Shown here piece by piece: positions 17,194 to 26,647 of a stretch of DNA of 64,000 nt (its first letter is position 1; the number at the start of each line of letters is the position of its first letter). A program made the position numbers and the translations under genes. The stretch is taken from the NCBI GenBank assembly GCA_937958815.1, contig CALGMR010000001.1, positions 96,300 through 160,299 of the forward strand. Direction: 5' to 3'. Below the pieces are notes generated by a model. It was not told where the DNA came from. It was given only the letters and a program-made list of their open reading frames with translations, and searched no databases. This stretch comes from an uncultured Rhizobiaceae group bacterium. Its GTDB lineage: Bacteria; Pseudomonadota; Alphaproteobacteria; Rhizobiales; Rhizobiaceae.

Positions 17194-19842
17194 ATGAACG
17201 AACCTGTCCCGAATCAAGCTGCTGGCGGCATTGCTGCGCGTGCTCTGGGCGCCGCGCGGCGTGCCCCGGACAATGCTGCTTTGCCTTATTTAGAAGGGTT
17301 GAACCCTGAGCAATTGGACGCGGTGTTGAGCACCGAAGGCCCCCTGCTTGTTTTGGCAGGCGCCGGCACAGGCAAAACCCGTGTATTGACCACACGCATC
17401 ACCCATATTCTGCAACAGCAACTGGCATGGCCGAGCCAGATTTTGGCCGTCACCTTCACCAACAAAGCTGCGCGCGAAATGAAAAACCGCATCGCAGCAC
17501 AAGTGGGCGAAGCCGTGGAAGGCATGCCGTGGCTTGGCACGTTCCACTCTATCTGCGTGAAAATCTTGCGCCGCCACGCAGAGCTTGTGGGTCTGAAATC
17601 CGGTTTCACGATTTTAGATACTGACGACACGATCCGCCTGCTCAAGCAAATCATTCAGGCGGAAAACATCGACGACAAACGCTGGCCAGCGCGCCAATTG
17701 GCGAATTTGATCGACGGCTGGAAAAACAAAGCGCTTGGGCCAGAGCAAATTCCCGAAGGCGAAGCCCGCGCATTTGGCAACGGTATGGGTCGTGAACTTT
17801 ACACCGCCTATCAAGACCGCCTGAAAATTCTGAACGCCTGCGACTTTGGCGATTTGCTGGTCGAATGTATCCGCCTGTTCCGCGAAAACCCCGACGTTCT
17901 GGCCGACTACCATGGCCGCTTCAAATATATTCTGGTGGACGAATATCAGGACACCAACGTTGCCCAATATTTGTGGTTGCGATTGCTGGCGCAGCCGCGA
18001 TCTTCAAACTCTTCCCTCTCCCCCCAGCGTGGGGGAGATGTCACCGTAGGTGACAGAGGGGGGGAGCAAACAGAAAATCCCGCCCCCCCTCTGTCTGTTG
18101 CACAGACATCTCCCCCACAAGGGGGGAGAATGGGTGACCATGACAGCCCTCAAAACACCCAAGGAAGCGAAGAGCGACCCGCGACAGCGCCCGGCTGGAG
18201 CGAAGGCGCAGCCGACAGCGTGAGGCAAAACCAAACCAGCAGCGAATATTCGCCAACGAATATTTGCTGCGTCGGCGATGATGACCAATCGATTTATGGT
18301 TGGCGCGGGGCGGAAGTGGAGAACATTCTGCGCTTTGACAAGGATTTCAAAGACGCGAAGGTCATCCGTCTGGAACGCAACTACCGTTCGACCTCGCACA
18401 TTCTCAAAGCGGCCAGCCACCTGATCACCCACAATGAAGGGCGTTTGGGAAAGACCCTATTCACCGACCTCACCGACCCTGACGAAGAAAAATTGAAGGT
18501 TGCCGCAGGGTGGGACAGTGAAGAAGAAGCCCGTGCCATTGGCGAAGAAATTGAAAGCCTGCAACGCAAAAAACATGCGCTGAACGACATTGCCATCCTG
18601 GTGCGCGCCTCGTTTCAAATGCGCGAGTTTGAAGATCGCTTCGTGTCGCTCGGCCTGAACTACCGCGTCGTGGGTGGCCCGCGCTTTTATGAACGCATGG
18701 AAATTCGTGACGCCATGGCCTATTTCCGCGTCACCTGTCAGCCCGCCGATGATCTGGCTTTTGAGCGCATCGTCAACACGCCGAAGCGCGGTTTGGGCGA
18801 TGCCACAATCAAACTGATCCGAGACCATGCCCGCGCCCGTCGCATTCCCATGCTCGCCGCAGTGCGTGAAATGACGGAAACTGAAGAACTCAAGCCCAAA
18901 CAGCGTATGACGCTCAAAACGCTTGCGCTCAATTTCGGACGCTGGGCGGACTCCGTCACCACCATGAAACACACCGATCTTGCCGAGATGATCTTGGAAG
19001 AAAGCGGCTATACGGAATTTTGGCAAAACGACCGCAGCGCAGAAGCGCCAGGCCGTTTGGACAACTTGAAAGAACTCATCCGCTCCATGGAAGAGTTTGA
19101 ATCCCTCCCCGGCTTTCTGGAACATGTTTCGCTGGTGATGGACACGGAAAACGATCCGAATTTGGACGCCGTCAATCTGATGACATTGCACTCCGCAAAG
19201 GGGTTGGAATTTGACACCGTGTTCTTGCCCGGTTGGGAAGAAGGCCTGTTCCCCCACCAGCGCAGTTTGGATGAAGGCGGACGCACGGGCTTGGAAGAAG
19301 AACGCCGCCTCGCCTATGTGGGCATCACCCGCGCGCGCAAAAACTGCCACATCTGGTTCGTGTCAAACCGCCGCATTCACGGCCAATGGCAAGCCTCCAT
19401 CCCCAGCCGTTTCATCGATGAATTGCCCGCAGACAATGTGGACGTGGTGGAACCTTCCGGCAATTATGGTGGCTACAGCAATGGCGGCAGCGCCTATGGC
19501 AAGTCACGGTTCGACACGTCCGACCCGTTCAACAATTCGGGCTATTCCTCCCCCGGCTGGAAACGCGCCCAAGCCAATGCCAACGAAGATACTAAAAACA
19601 ATTGGGGCACACGCTCCGGCTATAAATCCACCTATTCCGGCGGCCCCCGCACCATAGAAGGCGAACTTGTCGCCAAATCCGTCATCGGCGCAGATGAAAG
19701 CACGTTCGCCATGGGAGAACGCGTCTTCCACATGAAATTCGGCTACGGCGCGATTACGAATATCGACGGGAACAAACTGACAATTGAATTCGAAAAAGCT
19801 GGCGAAAAGCGCGTGCTAGATTCATTTGTAGAGCGTCATTGA
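17194..19842 (+). CDS. uvrD: ATP-dependent DNA helicase UvrD/PcrA family (helicase II) with an internal insertion
   Basis: SF1 helicase motifs are present: AGAGTGKT, DEYQDTN, VGDDDQSIYGWRGA, NYRS, TLHSAKGLEF and YVGITRAR. A C-terminal Gly-rich linker is followed by a small domain (VFHMKFGYGAITNIDGNKL). Confidence 0.93.
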   Translation: MNEPVPNQAAGGIAARALGAARRAPDNAALPYLEGLNPEQLDAVLSTEGPLLVLAGAGTGKTRVLTTRITHILQQQLAWPSQILAVTFTNKAAREMKNRIAAQVGEAVEGMPWLGTFHSICVKILRRHAELVGLKSGFTILDTDDTIRLLKQIIQAENIDDKRWPARQLANLIDGWKNKALGPEQIPEGEARAFGNGMGRELYTAYQDRLKILNACDFGDLLVECIRLFRENPDVLADYHGRFKYILVDEYQDTNVAQYLWLRLLAQPRSSNSSLSPQRGGDVTVGDRGGEQTENPAPPLSVAQTSPPQGGRMGDHDSPQNTQGSEERPATAPGWSEGAADSVRQNQTSSEYSPTNICCVGDDDQSIYGWRGAEVENILRFDKDFKDAKVIRLERNYRSTSHILKAASHLITHNEGRLGKTLFTDLTDPDEEKLKVAAGWDSEEEARAIGEEIESLQRKKHALNDIAILVRASFQMREFEDRFVSLGLNYRVVGGPRFYERMEIRDAMAYFRVTCQPADDLAFERIVNTPKRGLGDATIKLIRDHARARRIPMLAAVREMTETEELKPKQRMTLKTLALNFGRWADSVTTMKHTDLAEMILEESGYTEFWQNDRSAEAPGRLDNLKELIRSMEEFESLPGFLEHVSLVMDTENDPNLDAVNLMTLHSAKGLEFDTVFLPGWEEGLFPHQRSLDEGGRTGLEEERRLAYVGITRARKNCHIWFVSNRRIHGQWQASIPSRFIDELPADNVDVVEPSGNYGGYSNGGSAYGKSRFDTSDPFNNSGYSSPGWKRAQANANEDTKNNWGTRSGYKSTYSGGPRTIEGELVAKSVIGADESTFAMGERVFHMKFGYGAITNIDGNKLTIEFEKAGEKRVLDSFVERH
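18017..18129. repeat. nested GC-rich palindromic repeat element embedded in frame in uvrD
   Basis: Two 8-bp-stem hairpins, tctccccc-N-gggggaga, lie at 18017-18038 and 18109-18129. They bracket an inverted repeat whose left arm is tgggggagatgtc..gacagaggggggg and whose right arm is its reverse complement (18030-18064 versus 18083-18117). Each arm contains its own small hairpin (tgtcacc gta ggtgaca; tgtctgt tgc acagaca). Confidence 0.7.
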
Positions 19843-19849
19843 GGGTGTT

Positions 19850-20416
19850 TTAGTCTTCGTTGTACATAATTTCGTATCGAGCAAAATGCCAATTTAGTAA
19901 GCGCATCAATCCCAACAAACCAACTGTTCTAATAATCATATAAACGGCGTAACCACTTGAAAACAAAACCAAGCGAAATCTATTAGGTTCGTTAAAATCA
20001 AAAATAAAATGAGAGCATATGAAGATCACACTGAAAACAGCGAGCGCACATTGAATTATGAATACAAATTGTGGATAGAACACGAAGGAATTGAATAGCT
20101 TTTCTTCCATCAAGTAGTCCGAGAATGGGTATTTAGATGTCAAATTCATGATGTGATTAATTGACGAAATCGAAAACGCAGCAATTATTCCAGAAAACAC
20201 CAAAAGAGACGTATGAAAAGAAACAAACTCATCCGACGAGATTTTGTTTTCGAAATTGAATTCATATTTTTCAATTATGACAAGAGGTAGAAAGCAACAC
20301 ACCGAAAACAGCAATGGAATATATGCGCAAATTCCGTACTTAGTTTCAGAGTGTTCAATGAGCTCAAAAAAGCTCGCCGGCAATGATTTAGGACCAGTGT
20401 CACTCTTTTTCGTCAT
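19850..20416 (-). CDS. hypothetical small integral membrane protein (4 predicted TM helices), low GC
   Basis: 188 aa. Hydrophobic segments are YGICAYIPLLFSVCCFLPLVII, LLVFSGIIAAFSISSINHI, FVFIIQCALAVFSVIFICSHFIF and LVLFSSGYAVYMIIRTVGLLGL. The ATG at 20416 overlaps the upstream ORF by 17 nt. I recognise no family. Confidence 0.6.
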   Translation of the reverse strand: MTKKSDTGPKSLPASFFELIEHSETKYGICAYIPLLFSVCCFLPLVIIEKYEFNFENKISSDEFVSFHTSLLVFSGIIAAFSISSINHIMNLTSKYPFSDYLMEEKLFNSFVFYPQFVFIIQCALAVFSVIFICSHFIFDFNEPNRFRLVLFSSGYAVYMIIRTVGLLGLMRLLNWHFARYEIMYNED

Positions 20417-21335
20417 CTGTTAATCGCCTCGCAACTGTACGGACATCTGTGACATGCTTTTGATCAAACGGATATCTCATTCTTAAATTGGGAAACTCTA
20501 CTTTAACATCTAACTCTTCCCCGTGGACAACATCTTTGATTTCGTCTCCCAATTCTCTTGTATTTTGAGGCTTAGAAACACTTATGCGAACACCATTGTC
20601 CATTACACCTTTATACCCAACTTTAGCATGGCCACTTTTCTGTAATTGCTGAACTTGTGTAAGAAAACCTCCCTCTAACACCAGAGGGTTAGACTCGACA
20701 GCTTCAACCTTACCTTTGATTTTTCTAATGTGATCTTTAGCGCGATCTTCGTCGAGTTCCATTCCCAGTGGACCTGTGTGAGGGTTCACTGGATTTACTT
20801 CAAATGAGACCTCCGTCAGATTAAAACGTGCAACGGCCTTTCGTAAATCCTGAGATTCCCGAATAGCTTCAATGACAAAGAACTGATTGGTTCGATGAGC
20901 CAAAATCGCATGCAGTCTTGCCATAGCAGAATCCGCCCCCAATATTGCTCCATCCACGCAAGCAATAATGCCCAACCTGGGCATGCAGACAAAAGGAGCA
21001 TGAGGGTAGTCATCATCCGCCACCACTTTAGTTGAAGTTTCGTCTTCAACACGGTCGTAGTTAGTGACTTCGCGCTCTGTGCTATGCTTCCCGACAAGCC
21101 CGCTAAAGTCCGACCCAAACTTGCGCAGGTACATCAAAACAGCATTTTTTTGATTGCGATACTTTGCAAACTCATTGGCCATATCTGGACCAATAGATTT
21201 CAGAAAACCATCATAGTGACGGTCAGGCGCAATAATATCGCCTCTCTTACTCGATATACTATACCGGAAAAATTTATAATGCATATAAAATCCACCAACC
21301 AACTCAAAAAAGGAAAATGGATTTAAATACATCAA
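20400..21335 (-). CDS. hypothetical soluble protein (about 294-311 aa), low GC, no recognisable domain
   Basis: A long open frame in an AT-rich region. Possible starts are TTG 21335, ATG 21332, or ATG 21284 (preceded by GGTGGA). No P-loop, nuclease, HTH or other motif is visible by eye. It is translationally coupled to the downstream TM protein. Confidence 0.6.
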   Translation of the reverse strand: MMYLNPFSFFELVGGFYMHYKFFRYSISSKRGDIIAPDRHYDGFLKSIGPDMANEFAKYRNQKNAVLMYLRKFGSDFSGLVGKHSTEREVTNYDRVEDETSTKVVADDDYPHAPFVCMPRLGIIACVDGAILGADSAMARLHAILAHRTNQFFVIEAIRESQDLRKAVARFNLTEVSFEVNPVNPHTGPLGMELDEDRAKDHIRKIKGKVEAVESNPLVLEGGFLTQVQQLQKSGHAKVGYKGVMDNGVRISVSKPQNTRELGDEIKDVVHGEELDVKVEFPNLRMRYPFDQKHVTDVRTVARRLTDDEKE

Positions 21336-21440
21336 TACGAACAGAATAAAGCAACAGAAATTTTAGATCTCACTGAATCAGAAACAGACTAAATTCAATA
21401 AATGTGGAAAATAAAATTTTTTGACCAGAATATTGAGAAA

Positions 21441-22820
21441 TTACACCACCCAAATATCAATCGGGTTCTGCCGCCCTCTTAGGCGTTGGCCTTTGTGCAG
21501 TTTGAAGGTGTCTTGGCTGCCGTTGCCGGCTTTTTGAACCACGCTGTCGCTGACGACGCATTGGCAGTCGAGTTCTCTTGTGGTGGCTTCCAGACGGCTG
21601 GCGACGTTGACTGTGTCTCCCAGAACGGCGAATTCCAGACGTCTGGCGGGGCCGATGTCGCCCAAGATCACGGGGCCGAAATGCACGCCGATGGAGACTT
21701 TGAGGCTGGGCTTGCCGTGGGCTGAACGTTCGGCGTTGAACGCATCCACATCTTCGATGATCTGCTGCGCGGCGCGCAAGGAATTTGCAGCATCTTCAGG
21801 GGTCGGGTCTGGCGTGCCGAATGTGGCCATCACCCCATCTCCCAAATATTTGTCCAACGTGCCTTTGTTTTGAAAAATCGCCCTTTCCACAATGGCGTGA
21901 TAGTCGCGCAGAAATTCCATCACTTCTTCTGGCGTATGGTCTTCTGCAAATTGGGTAAAGCCCACAATGTCAGTGAACAACACGCCGACATCTTGGCTGC
22001 GGACCGCCCCAAGGTCGCGGTTGGACGCTGCCAAAACATCCACCATGCTGGAGGGGAAGTAACGTGACAGGTTTTGCCGCTCGGCTGCGATTTCAGACTG
22101 CCGGATCAAAAGCTGGTTGGAACGATAGCCTTTCAAACCAAGGATTGCAGCGACCATCAATGCCACCACAGCTTCCTGAATGCGATAGACCGATTGCGCA
22201 GAATTTGGATCCAGCTCAACGGCCACGATCTCATGGCCCGCAAAGGCTTTTGCAGCTGCCGCACTGAGTTCGGGAATGGTTGTGCCAAACAGGTTCATGG
22301 CTGCAAGGCCCACAAGCCAGAACATGAAAATCATCGTGCCCATGGTCCACACCGTGCGCCAAGAATAGGCCAGAGTTCCCACCGACAAGATGACAAAAAA
22401 GAAAACGAAACCATCAAAACGATATGTGAACACCGTGGGAATAACTTCATCAAGAAACGGGTTGGGCAGAATGATAACCAACGTCAACATGGCGAGATCC
22501 AGCGCGATCAAAAACAGTTCGATGCCGGAGCGGCCAACGGTCGCCATGCGCAATTGCAACCACCCAAGCGCGATGAAGCCCAACAGAATGAATTCGTAAA
22601 ACAGAACATTCCAGCGCGGGTTCACAAAAACAAGCAGGCCCATCACCACAGTCAGCGCGATTGTGCGTGCTATGATCGCAAGGCGATGCCCTTCCCGCTT
22701 TTCCGTTTCCAAAGCCTGCGCCAGCAATGGGTTTCGGGCCGCCTGCTCCAACTCTCGTTCGCGCATATTGCGCAAATTTTCCATAAAAGGAGGTAGGGGA
22801 AAAGGAGGATTGTTCGCCAT
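21441..22820 (-). CDS. membrane-anchored class III adenylate/guanylate cyclase
   Basis: An N-terminal polytopic region of about 6 TM helices is followed by a cyclase homology domain (VGVLFTDIVGFTQF..GDGVMATFG..LGDTVNVASRLE). The start is uncertain: GTG 22862, ATG 22820 or ATG 22784. Confidence 0.88.
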   Translation of the reverse strand: MANNPPFPLPPFMENLRNMRERELEQAARNPLLAQALETEKREGHRLAIIARTIALTVVMGLLVFVNPRWNVLFYEFILLGFIALGWLQLRMATVGRSGIELFLIALDLAMLTLVIILPNPFLDEVIPTVFTYRFDGFVFFFVILSVGTLAYSWRTVWTMGTMIFMFWLVGLAAMNLFGTTIPELSAAAAKAFAGHEIVAVELDPNSAQSVYRIQEAVVALMVAAILGLKGYRSNQLLIRQSEIAAERQNLSRYFPSSMVDVLAASNRDLGAVRSQDVGVLFTDIVGFTQFAEDHTPEEVMEFLRDYHAIVERAIFQNKGTLDKYLGDGVMATFGTPDPTPEDAANSLRAAQQIIEDVDAFNAERSAHGKPSLKVSIGVHFGPVILGDIGPARRLEFAVLGDTVNVASRLEATTRELDCQCVVSDSVVQKAGNGSQDTFKLHKGQRLRGRQNPIDIWVV

Positions 22821-22909
22821 AACAGTGGTCCATGTGCGCCCGGAATAAAACGAGCCTACCACCGCAAAACACGAAATTGCAGTCTAAAGAGTGTAAAGAA
22901 GTGTGATGC

Positions 22910-22943
22910 AAAAAAGGCGCCGCTCTTTCGAACGACGCCCTTT
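22910..22943 (-). terminator. rho-independent terminator after glcB
   Basis: On the minus strand: aaagggcgtcg-ttcgaaaga-gcggcgcc followed by TTTTTTG. Confidence 0.75.
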
Positions 22944-22963
22944 GATTTCATCCGTTGAAAAAC

Positions 22964-25135
22964 TTAGCTGGCTTTCTTTTCCAGACGACGCTGGTGCAAA
23001 ATTGGCTCGGTGTAACCACTTGGCTGCTCTTTACCCTTGAGAACCAAATCCATTGCAGCTTGGAACGCGACAGACGTATCCCAATTGCCATCCATAGGTT
23101 CATACAAGGGATCACCTTCGTTTTGACCGTCCACGACCTTCGCCATTTTCTTCATTGTGGCTTCAATCTGTGCTGCATCCACAATACCGTGGTGCAACCA
23201 ATTGGCCATATGCTGGCTGGAAATGCGCAGTGTTGCCCGGTCTTCCATCAGACCAACATCATTGATGTCTGGCAATTTGGAACAGCCCACGCCTTGGTCG
23301 ACCCAGCGCACAACATAACCCAAAATGCCTTGGGCATTGTTGTCGAGCTCGGCCTGAATATCTTCTGGTGACCAGTTCGGGCGTTCCGCCACGGGAATAG
23401 ACAAAATGTCCGTCAGTTTCGCGCGGCCACGCTGTTTAATGTCCGCCTGTACATCGTGCACATTCACCTGATGATAATGGGTTGCATGCAGTGTTGCAGC
23501 CGTCGGGCTTGGCACCCAAGCGGTGTTGGCACCCGCTTTCGGATGGCCAATTTTCTGCTCAAGCATCGCCGCCATAAGGTCTGGCATGGCCCACATGCCC
23601 TTGCCAATCTGCGCCCTGCCCTGCAAACCGCATTCAAGGCCAATGTCCACATTCCAGTCTTCGTAAGCTGCAATCCATGACGAGGCTTTCATATCCGCCT
23701 TGCGGATCATCGGGCCAGCTTCCATAGATGTGTGCATCTCGTCGCCTGTGCGGTCCAGGAAACCTGTATTGATGAACACAACGCGGTTTTTGGCGGCGCG
23801 GATGCATTCTTTCAGGTTCACCGTTGTGCGGCGTTCCTCATCCATAATGCCCATTTTCATAGTGTTTGGTTTCATGCCCAGCGCTGCTTCCACGCGGTCA
23901 AAAATTTCCACTGCAAAAGCCACTTCTTCAGGGCCGTGCATTTTGGGCTTCACCACATACATAGAACCTTCCGATGAGTTCACACGACGTCCGTTTTCGC
24001 CCACATCATGCAAAGAACAAGCCGCTGTCATCATGGCGTCCATAATGCCTTCGGGAATTTCGGAACCATCCGCGAGCAAAATTGCAGGGTTGGTCATCAA
24101 GTGCCCCACGTTGCGGGTCAGCATCAAAACCTGAGCCTTCATGCTCATGCTTTCACCAGATGTATCAAGATAAGAACGTGCTTCGTTCAAACGGCGCACC
24201 ATAGTGGAGCCACCTTTTTCAAAGCTCTCTTCCAGATCACCTTTCATGAGGCCAAGCCAATTGCGATAGGCCACCACTTTATCTTCCGCATCAACTGCAG
24301 CAATCGAATCTTCATTGTCCATGATGGAGGTCAATGCGGATTCCAAAACTACATCCGCAATACCAGCCATATCGGTTTCACCAATCGGGTGTTGACGATT
24401 GATGACAATGTCCAAATGCATCCCGTTCTTCACAAGAAGGATGTTGTCGAGACCTGCTTCTGTTCCGTTGTAGCCAACAAATTGAGCCGGATCAGACAGA
24501 CCAGCCGTGCCACCATCTTTCAGAGAAACAACCAATTTTCCAGCCTCAACGCTGAAACCTGTAACATCGGCCCAAGAGCCCATGGCCAGAGGCGTGCTTT
24601 CGTTCAAGAAATTGCGCGCCCAAGCGATAACTCTGTCGCCGCGCACTTTGTTATAGCCCGGCCCTTTGGCTGCTCCGCCCTCTTCAGAAATCGCATCTGT
24701 GCCGTAAAGCGCATCATACAGCGAGCCCCAGCGGGAATTTGCGGCGTTCAACGCATAACGCGCATTCATCACGGGAACCACAAGTTGAGGGCCAGCTATT
24801 TTTGCAATCTCGTCGTCCACATTGTCCGTTTCAACAGAAAACGCAGGGCCTTCGCCAACGATATAACCGATGTCGCGCAGGAAGTTTTGATAGACTTCCA
24901 TATCGCTGAACATGCCGCGGTTTTCGCGATGCCATTCATCGACCTTGGTTTGAAGGTCGTCGCGTTTGGTCAACAGAGCTTTGTTTTTTGGGGCCAGTTC
25001 GTTGGCGATTGCGCCCAGTGCATCCCAATATGCGGACTGCTCCACACCTGTTCCTGGCAAAACTTCGTCATTGACGAAATTATACAATTCAGCGGCAACA
25101 GACACGCCACCAACTTCAACGCGATCAACACTCAT
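22964..25135 (-). CDS. glcB: malate synthase G
   Basis: About 723 aa and collinear with GlcB ([12 protein letters not shown].., ..[21 protein letters not shown]..). The ATG at 25135 is preceded by GGGAGA. The ORF track starts 18 nt upstream. Confidence 0.95.
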   Translation of the reverse strand: MSVDRVEVGGVSVAAELYNFVNDEVLPGTGVEQSAYWDALGAIANELAPKNKALLTKRDDLQTKVDEWHRENRGMFSDMEVYQNFLRDIGYIVGEGPAFSVETDNVDDEIAKIAGPQLVVPVMNARYALNAANSRWGSLYDALYGTDAISEEGGAAKGPGYNKVRGDRVIAWARNFLNESTPLAMGSWADVTGFSVEAGKLVVSLKDGGTAGLSDPAQFVGYNGTEAGLDNILLVKNGMHLDIVINRQHPIGETDMAGIADVVLESALTSIMDNEDSIAAVDAEDKVVAYRNWLGLMKGDLEESFEKGGSTMVRRLNEARSYLDTSGESMSMKAQVLMLTRNVGHLMTNPAILLADGSEIPEGIMDAMMTAACSLHDVGENGRRVNSSEGSMYVVKPKMHGPEEVAFAVEIFDRVEAALGMKPNTMKMGIMDEERRTTVNLKECIRAAKNRVVFINTGFLDRTGDEMHTSMEAGPMIRKADMKASSWIAAYEDWNVDIGLECGLQGRAQIGKGMWAMPDLMAAMLEQKIGHPKAGANTAWVPSPTAATLHATHYHQVNVHDVQADIKQRGRAKLTDILSIPVAERPNWSPEDIQAELDNNAQGILGYVVRWVDQGVGCSKLPDINDVGLMEDRATLRISSQHMANWLHHGIVDAAQIEATMKKMAKVVDGQNEGDPLYEPMDGNWDTSVAFQAAMDLVLKGKEQPSGYTEPILHQRRLEKKAS

Positions 25136-25234
25136 GAACATTCTCCCGAACAAATCTTGCCATTGTTTGGCCGTTGATCAGTGGATGGTCAAGTGAGCGT
25201 TTTTTGAGTTCAGTGAAGGAAATTTGATCTGAAA

Positions 25235-26131
25235 CTATTTGGACCAATCCAACGCTTCATCCAGCCAGCCTGATGGAGTTCCATGACCTCCAGCATGAAG
25301 GCAAAATCGAATGGGCACACCCGTTTCGCATCCTGTCCAATCGCGGCACCAAAGGTTGCCCTTGGTTTCGATTTTAGCAGGCTTGGAACCGCATTGGTTT
25401 GTGGTGCGCTGCACAGACAAACCTTCAAAAACATCCCCTTGGTGCCAAGAGCGAATTCCGCGACCTTCGAGCGGCACCTGTCCATCGGAAAAGCCATGAA
25501 TGTGCAACATTTTGCGCGGCCCACCCGGACATTTTCGCAAATCCGCACCAGTGGCATCTTGGCCATATGGGGCTGGCAATGGTCGTCTCAATCCACCTGC
25601 AACTGCAGCGATCGCCGCATAACTGCGTTTGGAATAGCACCCAACATACCAAGCCATTGAGCCACCAGAAGAAAATCCTGACAGCACAGTGGAATTGGGA
25701 ACGGTCGGAATACGCTCACTAATATCTTCTAAAACACGTTCAACAAAGGCGATATCATCCCGTGCACCGCGGGGCGACGTGCCCTCCAGACGCGCGGCCC
25801 AACCGCGTGTGGTGCGGCCGCGAAATGTAAACTCAGGCCCATCGGGTGCCACTAAAACATATCCTGCCTTTGCCACGGTGCGCGCCAAATTTTTATTCCG
25901 TGCCACGGCTTTGCCTGAACCATTGTGCCCATGAAAGAATACAAACGGTTTTAGTTTTTGTTTCCCGTCCCAGTTTTTAGGGAACACCAGATGATACGTG
26001 CCACCATCTTTGCCGGGCAATTCACAAGGGCTATCAATCGCACAGGGCAGATCTTGAGCGAACACGGTTGAAGGTGCGAGAAAGCTCGCAGCAACCAGCA
26101 AGTTTAACGAAATGGCCTTTAGCAATATCAT
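25235..26131 (-). CDS. secreted alpha/beta-hydrolase esterase, PHB-depolymerase (LpqC-like) family
   Basis: Signal peptide MILLKAISLNLLVAASFLAPSTVFAQ, nucleophile elbow GFSSGGSMAW, and a family-typical HGHNGSG block. The start was set at the ATG at 26131. Confidence 0.75.
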   Translation of the reverse strand: MILLKAISLNLLVAASFLAPSTVFAQDLPCAIDSPCELPGKDGGTYHLVFPKNWDGKQKLKPFVFFHGHNGSGKAVARNKNLARTVAKAGYVLVAPDGPEFTFRGRTTRGWAARLEGTSPRGARDDIAFVERVLEDISERIPTVPNSTVLSGFSSGGSMAWYVGCYSKRSYAAIAAVAGGLRRPLPAPYGQDATGADLRKCPGGPRKMLHIHGFSDGQVPLEGRGIRSWHQGDVFEGLSVQRTTNQCGSKPAKIETKGNLWCRDWTGCETGVPIRFCLHAGGHGTPSGWLDEALDWSK

Positions 26132-26313
26132 CCAAGGTTTTTGACGGGATTCGCCTGCTTTCACAATCACGCATTGTTCACTTTTACGCCACTCACACAA
26201 ACGGCCCAACAACACTAGGTTGTCGACACTTCGACACTTATTGTTAACAAAATCTTCGTTTACTACACTGAATATGCCAGCGACACAGAAACTGCATACT
26301 CCAGCGAGACGGT

Positions 26314-26556
26314 GTGACCATGTCGGGCAATATCAAAAACAACCTTGCTGAAATTGAAAAGCTGATTGAGAAAGAACAATTCCTCAGGTTGAGTGTGTTG
26401 GATGTTCAAAATTACGATGGAACTCTGGTCGTTATGACCGATGATGCTGTTCCACGCCCGTTTGTACGAATGATTTTAAGAAACGTTTGGAATGGGCCCA
26501 TTGAGGTTTTCTGTGCCTCAGCCCTTATGGGTGGCAGCAACGCATCTCTCGTTTAA
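26314..26556 (+). CDS. hypothetical small protein (orphan ORF)
   Basis: An 80-codon ORF (GTG 26314 or ATG 26320) in an otherwise empty 430-nt gap. No family is recognised and GC is slightly lower than in the neighbours. Confidence 0.35.
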   Translation: MTMSGNIKNNLAEIEKLIEKEQFLRLSVLDVQNYDGTLVVMTDDAVPRPFVRMILRNVWNGPIEVFCASALMGGSNASLV

Positions 26557-26647
26557 TTGCTGCGAAAGAGGTTGATCTCACACCATAATCTGTGATGCGA
26601 AAGCTTCTTCAATTGCATCCGCAATGCAGAACAGATACGTCTTTTGA

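Noticed and set aside
17194-19842. uvrD as part of a defence system (Gabija GajB-like or other helicase-based systems) together with the adjacent islet
   Set aside because: The helicase has the full housekeeping UvrD motif set, a typical alphaproteobacterial C-terminal extension and host GC. It is convergent to the islet genes rather than co-transcribed with them.
19850-21335. Assigning the islet to Kiwa (KwaA 4-TM + KwaB DUF4868)
   Set aside because: The sizes are similar, but the gene order is reversed (the soluble protein comes first). I cannot verify any sequence similarity to DUF4868 without a search, so it is left as an analogy only.
19850-22862. Reading the membrane cyclase plus the downstream small TM protein as a Pycsar- or CBASS-like cyclase/TM-effector system
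   Set aside because: The cyclase has host-like high GC and its own 6-TM sensor-type N-terminus, and it is separated from the islet by a compositional boundary. The 311-aa islet protein shows no cyclase or nucleotidyltransferase motifs. The adjacency is more likely coincidental, though read-through from the cyclase gene into the islet cannot be excluded.
24008-25177. Long antisense shadow ORFs. Examples: 24008-25177 in glcB, 1260-2042 in hflC, 18457-19350 in uvrD, 56514-57443 in ftsI, 22074-22796 in the cyclase, 37738-38451 in lpxC, 15856-16560 across the two-component genes.
   Set aside because: Each lies opposite a gene with unmistakable family motifs. Their products are rich in R/H/C/Q with no recognisable domains, which is typical of frames kept open by the codon bias of the opposite strand.
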